Assembly: GCA_013265495.1 (NCBI GenBank)
Contig: MU058198.1
Location: 384,419-448,418 of the forward strand
DNA: 64,000 nucleotides
Source: Vicugna vicugna
Lineage: Eukaryota
Direction: 5' to 3'
Part shown: positions 13,197 to 25,204 of the stretch, piece by piece
How the letters are laid out: every line of letters starts with the position of its first letter
Position numbering within the stretch: position 1 is the stretch's first letter
Notes under the pieces: generated by a model
What the model saw: only the letters and a program-made list of their open reading frames with translations
The model's database searches: none
What the model was told of the DNA's origin: nothing
Made by a program: the position numbers and the translations under genes

Positions 13197-13839
13197 AAAA
13201 AGCATTTGGAGGGAGAAGAGCTGAGACGTGGGCACAGGTGAAATGTCTGCCGGGCTTTGGGGCAGATGGACAAGAGGACTGAAGGGCACTCACAAGGTTG
13301 ACCCTCCTTCCCCACTTCATACTTTCATCCAGAAGTTTCTAGGCGTGTTCATATTGAGTTCAGGAAGATCGTTTGTTATTACTTGTACTTACTTCTGTTC
13401 CATCTGATGAGCCCAGGTGATTTTTTAGCTTTCATTGGTTTATCAGGCATTGGCTGAGGGCCTCCTAAACCCCAGGGGTGGGGACAGGCCTCGACTTTGA
13501 CGTGAAGCCAGGTTGGAGAGACAGCAGGAGAGCAGGTAATGATAAGCGGCAACACCAGTACGAGAAGCTGAGGGATGAAGGATGGGAGAGACGGTGCGGG
13601 ATGACTTCACCTAAGAGGTCTGGAAGGGCAAACAGCCTTCACCAGGCAAAGCCCAGCTCGCTGACAGGAGGAAGGTGTGTGTCCAGAGGGCCGCACGAAC
13701 TAACCAATAAACATTCAGTGCGGCCCCTTGGACACTGCCTGATGCTTGTAGCTGGTTTCTTTGTGAAACAGAGACTAATCGGCCTCCCCTGTGTTTTCCT
13801 TTCACCCTTTTCTGAAAAAGAAATGGCATCCTCCCGGCT

Positions 13840-14250
13840 AAGGACGCTCAAGTCGGCGGGCCGCGCAACCTGGAACAGCCAGGGGAGCCCGCCGCATCTC
13901 CTAGTGCGTGAACGTGACATTCCACTCCTGGCCGACACTGGAGATCAGGAGGACGGACTGTCACAAACCGTAGCAATTACCTGGCCTTGCTCGCCAGGCG
14001 TGTCCCCGTGACGTCCGCCTGTGACTGGCCGTGTTGGCCGCCCGCGGCCTCGGAACTTCGGGGCGAGGACGCCCTCTGGTGGCCGCGGGCGCCGGGGAGC
14101 CCAGACCTTCCTCGCCCTTGCAGCGCCCCGAGCAGAGCTTCCTACACGGTCCAGGATCAAAGGCCCCGTGGGATTCAGTCACGGCCCTACAAGGGCTACC
14201 ATTTCGGCAGCAGGAGTGGGAGGAAGCACGTCCTCGAAGGCAAGGGGGAG
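13840..14250. promoter_or_regulatory. Orphan CpG island
   Basis: Dense CpG and high GC (e.g. ggccgtgttggccgcccgcggcctcgg, ggccgcgggcgccgggg) with no recognisable coding exon. Confidence 0.75.
14068..14085 (-). promoter_or_regulatory. CTCF binding motif
   Basis: Minus strand reads CGGCCACCAGAGGGCGTC, matching the CTCF core CCACCAGRGGGCG. Confidence 0.75.
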
Positions 14251-15360
14251 TCTTTTAAACCTTTGAAAACATATTCAGTAGGAAAGTGCATTGTGCTCCC
14301 GCAGAGCCAGGAAGAGCGATTAGGAGGAAAGGGTTTTTTTGTTCCTCTCGGTTGGGAAAGGTCACGTTTTCTCCTCAAATTGCCCGGATCAAAAGGCATT
14401 AAGGAGGCCCAGGGGTGAGGGGCCAGGGTTTTTATCATATTGTCAAAGAATCTCCGGAAAGTTTAAGGACCCCAAAGGGCCCCTCCTCCTGAAATTCCAT
14501 AGAGACAGTGCAAAGGTGGTCCCTGAGGCATCAGAGGCCCCCAAATTCTGTGTTAATAACCCAAATGCCCACCATTAGTGGTTAAGTTCAAGCCTCTCCA
14601 GCACCTAGCGATTCCTCCTCTGCAAAGGGCGTCCGTGGGGTGGGGGTCGGAGAAGCAGCGGGTGAGGCTGTTAAGAACAGTGCTCTTGGGCAGGCAGTAA
14701 GCGCAGCGCGGCGCGGCTCCGCTATGACATCGAGGAGGACTGCCGCCAACTAGAGGGGTGGGTGGCTCTCTAAGTACTGACTTTGAAAGATGGCCAATAT
14801 CGGTCTCCAAATGCACACTCAGGTCAAGATGCACGATATTATTCCACTGGGGAACAATAAAAATCCAAAGGTGTACACGTATGGGTGAAAGATTTTTCAA
14901 AATAGGCTGGAAAGATACACGAACTATTATTAATAGCAGTTACTTCCAGGGGATAAGTTTGGAAGGGGTGCCTTTTTAAAAAAAACTTATATGCAGTTTA
15001 TATTGTTCAATTTTGAGGTGAAGGTTACTTTTGGAAGTGAGGGGAAAAAAGAAATGTACTGCCTTCTGTGGCAGACCGTATCATGAAGTAAGGCAAGTGG
15101 TCAGTTTCCTGGTAATCAACCAGCAGTCTACAGAGCGAGCTGCCTGTCACTGTGAACGCCCTTTTTAGCACTGTTAACGTATTTCACCGTGTGCATACAT
15201 GCATTATTTATTACAAAGAGTTTTAATTTTTTAAAAACAGGGCAATTTAACCTTGTATTTAGTCCAACAAAAATTCACTAAGTGCCAGGCACCGTGCTAA
15301 GCTCTGAAGATAAGGACATGACCAAGTGGTCTCAGCCTTCCTGGAGTTCATGGTCTAGTT

Positions 15361-16050
15361 CAGTGCTTCTCAAACTATAATGTGCTTGCAAATCACCTGG
15401 AAGTATTGCATATTGGTTATTTATTGCTGTACAACAAATGACCACCAAACCCAGCAGCTGAAAAACAACATTTATCATCTAACATAGCTGCTGAGAGTCA
15501 GGAACTCAGGAGTGACTCAGTTGGGCGGTTCTGGCTCGGGGTGTCTCGTGAGGTTGCAGTCAGGAAGTTGGCTGCAGTCATGTCACCTGAAGGCTTGACC
15601 GGGGCTGAAGGATTCACTTCCAAAATGTCACACAAACATGACTCCTGAAAGGGGGCATTGGTTCTTGGCCATGTGACGAGTAACTGCTTGCGTGTCCCCA
15701 CACCACGGCAGCTGGCTTCCCCTACAGCTATTGACCCTACAGAGAAGGGTGAGGCCTGGAAGGTCTTTTATGACCTAGCAGCCTTGGAAGTCTCACGCCA
15801 TCATTTCCACCACATTCTGTTTGTTACAGAAGTCACTAGGGACAGCTCATACTCAAAGCAAGGGGAATTAGGCTCCACCAAACAGAGAAACACCAAGGAA
15901 TTTGTGGACATACTTTGAAACCACCACATCTTGTTCAAATGCAGGTTCTGATTTGGTAGGTTCTGGGAGAAGCCCCAAATTCTGCCTTTCTAATGTGCTC
16001 CCAGGGGACCCCACTGCTGTTGGTCTGTGGACCACATTTTTGAGTAGAAA
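15361..16050. mobile_element. MER5A-like MITE split by an MLT1-family LTR (about 15405-15928)
   Basis: 'cagtgcttctcaaact...aatcacctgga' resumes as 'tcttgttcaaatgcaggttctgattt...ggaccacatttttgagtag'; the intervening sequence is MLT1-like. Confidence 0.6.
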
Positions 16051-16599
16051 GGGGATCAAACATGCAAAGAACAACGGCTCAGATCACATCTTTGGGACTA
16101 TGCTGCTTGCAAGGATAATATCCTTTGTCATCCTGGCATCATCTTTGGATGGTGTCCAATTTTAAAATCACATTTCCCCTGAAAGGTCAGAGCTGTAAAG
16201 CAAGAGAAAGGCAAGATTATCTTGTTAGTACACGAGGACAAGCTGTAATGGAATTAAGAACAATCAAAGGGGGATTCAGAAAACCTCTCTGGCCTTGTTC
16301 TAGAAGCTCTCAGAAGTATAAAACATCAGCCATCAATTCTGAATGGGATGCTAAACACACAGGAGCAAATCTGGGCTTTTAATAAGGATTGCACCAAAGG
16401 CCTTCACAGGACTAAGATTCCAGACTGCAATACAGCATCAGCTTTGATACAGGAGGGCGAGAGCCAGCACCAGCATCTCAGAAGATCAAGGCTCCCACAT
16501 GCTCTGCTGGCTTGCAGGGTGGTAGGTTAAAGAAATCATTTCCCCATTCAACAGCCTGGACTGAAACTTGCTTTCGAATACACATAAAACTATAAATCC

Positions 16600-18845
16600 T
16601 ACATTTTTTATTACTACGATCTATGTTATAAAACTCACCATTGTAAAGTCTACAATTCAGTGGATTTTCATATATTCACAGGTTACACAACCATCACCAC
16701 CATCTAGTTCTAGAATATTCATCACCCCTAAAAGAAACCCCATATCCATTAGCAGTTGCTCCCCATTGCCCGACCTCCTGCAGCCCTAGGCAACCACTGG
16801 TCGGCTTTCTGCCTCTGTGGACTTGCCTGTTCTGCACATTTCATGCAAAAGGAGTTATAGGGTGTGTGGCCTTTTGTGTATGGCTCCCTTCATTAAGCGT
16901 GTTTTAAAAAGTTATTATTGTGACAAAATATACATAACATTTACCATCTTAACCATTTTCATGTGTAGAGTTCAGCGGCACTGAGCACATTCACACTGTT
17001 GTGCGACCAACCCTGCCATCCATTTCCAGATCTAGTTCATCTTCCCATATGGACAGTTTATAACCAAACATCATGTTTTCAAGTTTCCTCAATGTTACAG
17101 CATGGATTAGTCAGTCCTTCATTCCTTTTTATGGACGAATAATACTCCATTGTACAGAAGGGACCACATTTTGTTTACCCATTTTCATTCATCAGCTGAT
17201 GGACATTTGGGTTGTTGCCACTTTCTGGCTATTACGAATAATGTTGCTATGAATATTCATGTACAGTTACTGGTTTGAACATATGTTTTCATTTCTTCTT
17301 AGTTTATACAAGGAAAGGACTTACTGTATCATTGCAGTTCTACATTTAACTGGCTGAGGAAATGCCAGTCTGTTTTCCAAAGGGGCTGCACTGTTCTGGA
17401 TTCCCACCAGCAGTGTGAGGGTGCTGACTTCTCCACCCCTTCACCAACACTTGTTACCTTCCGTCTTTCTGATTACAGCCATCCTTGTGGGTGTGGAGTG
17501 GAGTCTCGTTGTGGTTTCCTGTAGTGACTAATGATGTTGAGCATTTTTTCAAATGCTTATTGGCCATCTGTTCTATCTTCTTTGGAGACACGTCCATTCA
17601 AATCCTTTGCCTGTTTTTAGATTAGGCCATTTGTCTTAATGTTGAGTTGTACAAGCTCTTTATATATTCTGGATACAAATCCCTTCTCAGATACATGATT
17701 TGCAAATATTTTCTCCTGTTCTGTTGGTCGTGTTCTCTCACTTTCAGGATAGTCTTCTCTGAAAAGCAAAAGTTTTTATTTTGATGAAGTCCAACTTATC
17801 TATTTTTTTCTTTCACTGCTTGTGCTATTGGTGTCATATCTAAGAAACTGTTGCCTAATCCAAGGTCACACAGATCTACCCCTATGTTTTCTTCTAAGAG
17901 CTTAAGAGTCAAAAGTACAATGAAGTATATCACCTCACAACAGTCAGAATGGCCATCATTAAAAGGCCTACAAATAATAAATGCTGGAGAGGGTGTGGAG
18001 AAAAGGGAACCCTCTTACACTGTTAGTGGGAATGTAAATTGGTGCAGACACTATGGAGGACGGTGTGGAGGTTCTCTAAAAAACTAAAAACAGACTTACC
18101 ATATGATCCAGCAATCCCACTCCTAGGCATATACCCACAGGAACCTATAATTCAAAAAGATACATGCCCCCCAATATTCACAGCAGCACTATTTACAATA
18201 GCCAAGACATGGAAACAACCCAAATGTCCATCAACAGATGACTGGATAAAAAAGATGTGATACACACACACACACACACACCATGGAATATTACTCAGCC
18301 ATAAAAAGAACACAATGATGCCATTTGCAGCAACAAGGATGGACCGAGAGATTATCATATTAAGTTAATTAAGTCAGGCAGAGAAAGACAAATATCATAT
18401 GATATCATTTACAGGTAGAATCTAAACAAAATGATACAAACCTTACTTACAAACCAAAAACAGACTCACAGACATATAAAACTATGGCTACCAAAAGGGA
18501 AAGTGGGGGAGGGATAAATTAGGAGTTTTATATATAGTAGTGTGTAGTAACAGATACACACTACTATATATAAAACAGATAAATAGCAAAGGCCTACTGT
18601 ATCACACTGGGAACCATATTAAACTTCTGTAATAACATTAAAAATATATATACGTATCTATATGTATAACTGAATCATTTGTTGTACACCTGACACTAAC
18701 ACTGTAAATCAACTACACATCAATAAAAAACAAAAAGAAAATTTTCTTTAAAGAGCTTTAGAGATTTAATATTTAGTTTTTTGGTCTGTTTTAATTTTTG
18801 TATATGCTGTGAAGTACGGGTCTAAATTTCTTCTTTTGCATGCTG
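16600..18845 (-). mobile_element. Old L1M (L1MB-like) 3' region, interrupted by younger L1 pieces
   Basis: Antisense L1 motifs: 'gatggacatttgggttg', 'ttcccaccagcagtg', 'gatgttgagcattttttc', 'ttgcctaatccaaggtcac'. Confidence 0.8.
17909..18750 (+). mobile_element. Younger 5'-truncated L1 nested in the older L1
   Basis: ORF2 C-terminal peptide [14 protein letters not shown]...FTAALFTIAKTWKQPKCPSTDDWIKKM (18039-18260); poly-A; TSD aagagctt(a/t)agag at 17896-17908 and 18751-18763. Confidence 0.9.
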
Positions 18846-19149
18846 GATCCACATGCAAAAACCCAGCCTGTATTTTTTTTAATCATCAGCAAGAAACATA
18901 AAGAATGGCCTTCCTTTGGCTTCCTGGTAGCATCTTTTCTTTCTTTTTTTATTTTCCAGCTAGAAGATTTTGAGTTTTACAGTAAAACAATTTGGATCAG
19001 GGGCCCAGTGGCCCCGCTTGACCTGGTAGTATCTTTTCAATAAATCTTCACTGTATTTTGCTGAGATGCACACAGGCATAGTTCTGAATTACTAGTTATG
19101 TGAAAATGACTTCTAAGAAGGGAGAGCGATTTCTGCATTGAATCCCATC

Positions 19150-20110
19150 GACAACTATTTACTGAGCACCTGTTATACGTCGGTGATTAAAACAAAGATT
19201 CCCTCCTTACGGAGCTGATCTTCTTGCAGGGGGAAACAGAGAAGAAACAGAACAAGTAAGTACATCATATAATGTGCCAGAGGGTAGTAAGTGCTATGGG
19301 GGAAAAGTACAGAGCAGAGCAAAGGGACTGAGGCATGCGCTGGGGTGGGGTTTGCAATTTTGAAAAAGGTGGTAAGGGTGGGTGTCCTTAAAAGGTGACA
19401 TTTGAGCAAAACCTTAAGAGTTGGTGAGGGATTTGAGCATGTGGATGTGTCGGGAAAAGGGTTCTAGGCAGAGGGAACAGCCACTGCAAAGACCTCAAGG
19501 CAGGAGCGTGCCTGGCATTTGATGGTAAGGGGGCTGATGTGGCAGAGGGAGGAAGGGAAGCAGTCACAGAGGGCCAGACCATTGGGTCTTGTAAACCATT
19601 TTAGGGACCTTGACTTTTATTCTGAAGGAACTGGGGAAAGCCACTGAGGGTTCTGAGCTGAGCAGTGTCACAGTCTGGCTTATGGTTCAAAGGATCCCTC
19701 TGGCTGCTGGGTTGAGAGTGGGCTGTGGGAGGACAAGGGTAAGGCAGGAAGAAGAGTTGGGAGGCTTCTGAAATAATCCAGAGGAAAGATGAGGGTGGGG
19801 GTGGGGAGCCCTGAGTGGCAGCAGTTGAGACAGTGAAAAGGATTTGGTAGAGCCCTCAGGGTGCCCTGCTTGATGAGAGTGTAATAGAGGCGGGTGTCAA
19901 AGGTGACTGCAGAGAAGCTGGCCTGAGCACCAGGAGGATGGAGTTGCCATTACCTGTGATGGGGAGGCCAGTGGGGAAGTGGGGCCGGGGGAGGGGAGAC
20001 GGGGAGCTCAGCTTGGGGCATGTGGAGCTGGGGATTCTCTTGACTTCCATGCTGTAGACAGATGGATACTGGAAAATGAGAAATCTGGGCTGGAGATACA
20101 GATGTGAAGG
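19150..20110 (-). mobile_element. L2 LINE 3' remnant
   Basis: 'tatttactgagcacct', 'aggtgacatttgagca', 'ggcagagggaacagc', 'aggatccctctggctgctg', 'gatggagttgccatt'. Confidence 0.75.
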
Positions 20111-21466
20111 AGTCAGTCAAAAGGTGGGATAAGATACCAAAAAAAGTGATGGACAGAACAGGGCCAGGGAGCACCCTGGGAGCCTCTGGCCTTGAGACCC
20201 AGAGGAGAAGAACAGCCATGGAGACAGTTTTCCTAGCAGTTTGGGAGCTACTTAAGCACACCTTGACCCTCCCTCCCTCCCCTTTTTCTTCTCCTCTCCT
20301 CCCTTTAAACGGGCACCTACTATGTACTAGGAACTAGAAAAGATGTTTAGCCCTCAATAAACTCCTAGTCTTTACAAAGACATAAAATGCACATTTATAT
20401 AATATATACATTTATATAATTTATATAATGGAGACGTAGGCAATAACTGTAGAAATGTGGCTTTTCAGCTGTTAACCAACTACACTAACTACACTGCGGA
20501 CATGTTTGTAACCGAGCACAAGAGTTTGGAATCTCAAGTTGTCCTCAACCCTTCTCTCCCACGTTTAATTTAAATTATTATCAGAAGGCTGATTCACTTG
20601 ATCACGTAAGATTAAATTCACTCTCGGTTTAGGAGAAAAGAGTGGTGGCCGAGGACTAAGTCAAACTATCACAGTGTCACTGTCCTTTACAACTGGACCC
20701 TTTGAAATGAGTCACCCCATCATGAGGTGCTGATGAAACACAGGGCGCTGGGTGGGGAGGGGCAAAGACCCAATGACGTCTTCACACAAGACGCTTACAA
20801 TCTAATGCAGAGCTCCCAGCCCTGACTCACCCTAGAACCACCTGGGAGCTTTTGAAACCACTGATTCTGGGCTCCACTCTAATTAAGTCAGAATTTTTGA
20901 TCTACAATCCGAAAAACATTCTAAAAAGCTCCACAGGACATTCTAACGTGCGGCCAGAGAGGAAGACCACTGATCTAGGTGTTTTCATAAATTATTTAAA
21001 AATTTGCAAATCATAAAAGATTCAGCATGAAAATTATGAATCAGTATGAAAATTATAGTCGGTTTTGGTCCATTCTTTTGGGAGCAGACCTAAAGGAAAT
21101 GATTATAATTCAATGTCACAAATAATCCACGGCTTAGCGTATTCTCTGATGGAAATAACCTGCCTTCAACTCACAACTCACAAGAGACAATGTCAGTGTT
21201 CCGCTCACCTGGTGGGCTCGACAGGCTTGCTCTGTCACTCTTAAACATCATCGTGCTTTTAAGTTACTCTGCGTTGCCAGTAAACTCAATTTTTCTTCTC
21301 TTGAAGATTACTGTTACTTTCTTAATGATTCATTCTAGATGTTTTAGGAAAAAATTAACTACAGACCAAACAAGGACCAGCTTCACTTGCTGTAATCTGA
21401 ACACACCTGGTGAACGGTCAGCCTTATGGCCATAAAGGCACCAGAGAAAAGTCCACACTGGAGGGT

Positions 21467-21499
21467 TTTATTAATGAAAAAAACCTCTCGCGGTTTATT
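21467..21499 (-). terminator. COQ7: COQ7 polyadenylation signals (two AATAAA)
   Basis: Plus-strand tttatt at 21467-21472 and 21494-21499, about 100-130 nt past the stop codon. Confidence 0.7.
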
Positions 21500-21598
21500 A
21501 ACAAAATTCACAGAAAAATCAGTGTACATTTCCTTTTCTGCCAATGTCACTTGTTAAGTTACTATCATCTTTTATACACAGGGAAAAGTGGACATACT

Positions 21599-21676
21599 CT
21601 AAAATCTTTCTGATAAATATATCGCCACGCGGCAGCCGGCCTGGATGACGGTCTTCAGAACGGCATATGCTGGAGC
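21599..21676 (-). CDS. COQ7: COQ7 exon 6 (APAYAVLKTVIQAGCRVAIYLSERF*)
   Basis: AG acceptor 21678-21677; TAG stop 21601-21599; matches the COQ7 C-terminus. Confidence 0.97.
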   Translation of the reverse strand, partial: APAYAVLKTVIQAGCRVAIYLSERF

Positions 21677-22107
21677 CTGTTAAAAACAACAACAATTAGC
21701 AAACAAAAGAAACACGGTCTGTGCTCACCTTCAGTTGTAAGACACAGGCCTGGCCGGGCAGGGCTGGGACCTCTCTGGATAAGTAATGATCTAAGAAACA
21801 ATTTATTTTAATTTAGAAAAAAAGCCAAACTATTCAAAAGATTGGGACACCTCTGCTACTGCCAGAACATTTGAACCACCTGGTTTCTGGTTTCTCACAG
21901 GAAAGGGGGCAGCAAGTGCTGGGGAGAAGCGGGAAGTGAGACCCCCAGGCCGGGGCAAGCTGAACGCTTGCTCTCTGTTGGGCAGTGTGCTGGCGCTTTC
22001 TTTAGCAGTCACACTGAAATCTACTTTTCTAAGAGCAGAAACCTTCTTGCCCCTCAACCTTCCAAATAAGGTGCCACTGCAAGCAAACAGGAGAGGGGGA
22101 GCCCCAC

Positions 22108-22176
22108 CAGTTCTGCGTCGTGTTCCAGGCCTATGTCATGGTGCTCAAGCTCTTCGTCCCGAAACTTCCGTATCAC
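22108..22176 (-). CDS. COQ7: COQ7 exon 5 (VIRKFRDEELEHHDIGLEHDAEL)
   Basis: 69 nt, AG/GT flanks; second ExxH di-iron motif (E178, H181). Confidence 0.97.
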
Positions 22177-22821
22177 CTGGTTAGATGAAAAGACATCGAA
22201 GCAAGTCAGCCTTCCAACTCGCTGCTGTTCTGATTTATTTTGGAGGCTAAAGCCTCATATTTTCATTTAAGACACAGGGAGGCAAACCTTTCCTATAAAG
22301 GGCCAGAGAGTCAGAACTTCAAGCTCTCTGGGCTGTGAGACCCCTGTCACAATGACTCAACTCTGCCACTGTAGAGGGGAGAGCAGAGGGGTCACATAAA
22401 TGGGCACAACTCTGTTCCAACAAAACTTTATTTCCAGAAACAGGTGGTTGGCCAGTGGCCAGAGTTTACCAACCTCTGACTTAGGCTTAAAAAACCAAAC
22501 AGTTCCCTCATTTGCTGTAGAACATTTCTGCGGACATCTGTAAGTTCATTTGTTTCATCTGAAGGGTTTGTGCTCGTGCTCAGAATCTATCAATGACCCG
22601 GAAGTGAGGAGAACACAGGTCCGATCTGAGGAAACACAGATTCTGGTCCCAAGCACGTGAAGGACACACGACTTTAGCTGCCTCAGTTCGCTTGTCTTTA
22701 AAATGAGGCGCTGCCCTAGATTTCTAAGATTATTCCGTAGCATTCTGTTTTGTTCCTCCCTTCCAAACTGCGTACCTGCCCTTTTCCCTGTACCAGCCCC
22801 TTCCAGAGCACTGTCCAATAC

Positions 22822-22961
22822 CTGAAGAAGCTCCTGGTATTTTTCAGGCTCCTCCTCCATCAGCGTCCTGATCTGGTTGTTGTAGTGATGTGCAATGGAC
22901 TCCTCCACGGCCACGGTGCAGGCCATCGCACCCGCCTTCCCCAGCAGGGCGGTTCCTGCGC
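22822..22961 (-). CDS. COQ7: COQ7 exon 4 (GAGTALLGKAGAMACTVAVEESIAHHYNNQIRTLMEEEPEKYQELLQ)
   Basis: 140 nt, AG/GT flanks; contains iron ligand E142. Confidence 0.97.
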
Positions 22962-23025
22962 CTGGAATTGTCAGATTCGGGCGGTGAAGGACGGGACGGA
23001 CCCCAATGGGGAGATGAGGTCACGT

Positions 23026-23233
23026 CAGGGCTTGTCGCCTCGGCACCATGGACCCCGGGGCTGGGTAATTCCTTGTTGAGCGGGAGCGTCCTGAACGTCA
23101 GGGGATGCTTAGCAGTGCCCCGGCCTCTGCCCACACAGGTGCCAGTGGCACCCCCCGTTGGGACAACATCTAAAAATGTCTTTAGATGTTGCCAAGTGTC
23201 CTCAGGAGCAACTCGCCACCCTTGAAAACCCAG
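23026..23233. mobile_element. MER20 hAT MITE
   Basis: 'gggctgggtaattccttgttg...gatgcttagcag...gacaacatctaaaaatgtctttagatgttgccaagtgtcc'. Confidence 0.75.
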
Positions 23234-23702
23234 GTCTGAGGTGGTGCCAGGTCGCAGTGTTAAAAGCACAAATCACACAATAAGAATGCGTCTCCCTTTT
23301 CAACGCTCAAGGCAACCTTCTCATTATGGCAGAAGGGTCCTCCCTGGGGGGAGAGGGGCTTCATGATTTTATACCATTTACTCCTGTTTTTTAGGAGTGA
23401 GCAGATCCCAGGTTTAGAACCTTCATCAGGGAACATCGTCTGGCTACAAATGAATTACTCTTGCTTTTTTCCTCTCTGTGGGGTTTATTTCCACTGTGCC
23501 TTCTATTTATAAAAATACTGATTTTAAGGTTCTCTCTTAAGTAAATTTAAGCCAAAAAAAGTCAGTCAATTTAACTTTAGCAAAGTATTAAGTAAATAAA
23601 AAGGCTGCAAGAGGACACAGCAAGAGTTGTGGCAGTGGGTATTTAACGATTCAGTCCTCCCAGATGCCTAGGCTCACACGCGCGCTCTGGACAGACACGT
23701 AC

Positions 23703-23817
23703 CCAGCGCAAACCCCACCACATTCCAAAAGGGCATCAGAACGGTCGGCCGCACCCTGAATGCAACCATCAACTCATTGAACTTTTTCAAGTGGTCCTTT
23801 TCTTGATCCCACATTTT
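23703..23817 (-). CDS. COQ7: COQ7 exon 3 (KMWDQEKDHLKKFNELMVAFRVRPTVLMPFWNVVGFALG)
   Basis: 115 nt, AG/GT flanks; first ExxH motif (E90, H93). Confidence 0.97.
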
Positions 23818-25025
23818 CTGTAAGAAACACAAAAATAAAGACAGGTAAGCATGCCACAGAGGCCACCTGCTATATACCAGGGGGGCCGCAGGCCCTGTCC
23901 AGGTGGGGTAAAGGAAGCGAAATGGAGACAGTGATGAGAACTGCTATTTGCCTCACTCCCCTTGAGTCAATGCGGAGAAAACCTGAACATCAGACTGTGG
24001 GCAAGAGAGTGACAACCAACCAAGAGAAGCCGCTGTTATCTCAATTCCAGAAAGGGGTGCCGTGAACCATGATTCTCACTAAAGTTCCTCGGACCCACAA
24101 GTGCCTATTAAAGGACAATGGTCCACATCTGTGAGAAATGAGATGCTCAGCCCATTTCAAAATTAGGAGGGCAGAATATTACGTTTTATGTAAGACGGCT
24201 AGAAACGCATTTACATCAAAGAGAAAAGGGAGAATGGTAAGAAGAGCTGACACTTACAGAGCACGCACAAGTGCCAACCACCATCACAGAGCTCTGCACA
24301 GGGGACTCCTCTAATCCGCACAACTGCCTTGTGAAGGACACACTGTTACTAACCCCATTACACAGATGAAGACACTGAGGCACAGAGAGGTTAAGTAACT
24401 TGTCCAAGGACTCAGAGCAGGCAATTTAACTTGTGCTGAGTGTCTATTGCAGGCCAGGCATGGTATTAGCTGCTCTGCATACACCAGTTCATTTATTCTT
24501 CACGAAGATCCAGTGAGGAAGGTGTTCTCAGCTCATTTTGCAGATATGCCAATGGAGACCCAGAGAGGTCAGGTGACTCCCCCAAAGTCACACAGGGAGA
24601 GGGTGGGAGAGGGCTGGAATGCAACCCTGGCTCTGTGTGATGACAAAGCCCAGGCCCATCCCTCTGCCTCTCAGTATAAAATATAAACTCTCTCTGCTGG
24701 GCTCCACTCAGGGCAGGGCCGTGATGTTTCAGCAGCCGGTACTTTCACTTAACGCAAGGACTCGCAGCCCTGCCCGTCCCACTGTGAGATTTTAATCATA
24801 CAGATACACTGTCTGTCAGTTTACCTACTAGATGTCTGTCTGTGTTTTAGACAGAAAAAGAACAGTATTTTCCTTTTCCCACACCCACTCCCATAACCAA
24901 TTTACACTCTCTTGGGGACAACAATACCTCCCTCGAGAATGCATGACCCAGTGGGATGCATCCCTTTACAGCCTCTGGATCCCCCCCTGCTCAGCAGACC
25001 AGCCAGAGAGGGAAGAAGTGCCCAC

Positions 25026-25204
25026 CTGAATGACCGGTCCGACGCTCGTCCGACCCAGGACGGCCATCTGCCCTGCATAGATGCGGTTCGCTCCATATTC
25101 ACCCGCATGGTCCACCCGGATTATTCGGTCCACAGCTGCCCAGTTGATGTTGTCTAAGGTCATTCCTGAGCTGCAAAATCTGACACTGACTCTTCTTCCA
25201 TAAG
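25026..25204 (-). CDS. COQ7: COQ7 exon 2 (AYGRRVSVRFCSSGMTLDNINWAAVDRIIRVDHAGEYGANRIYAGQMAVLGRTSVGPVIQ)
   Basis: 179 nt, AG/GT flanks; signature RIIRVDHAGEYGA with E60. Confidence 0.97.

Noticed and set aside
13478..14418. Long GC-rich ORFs (177 aa, 143 aa and others) over the CpG island
   Set aside because: Mostly non-ATG starts, no recognisable domain, and stop-poor frames are expected in GC-rich DNA
14744..14760. Second CTCF-like motif GCCAACTAGAGGGGTG
   Set aside because: Mismatches at two core positions; too weak to call
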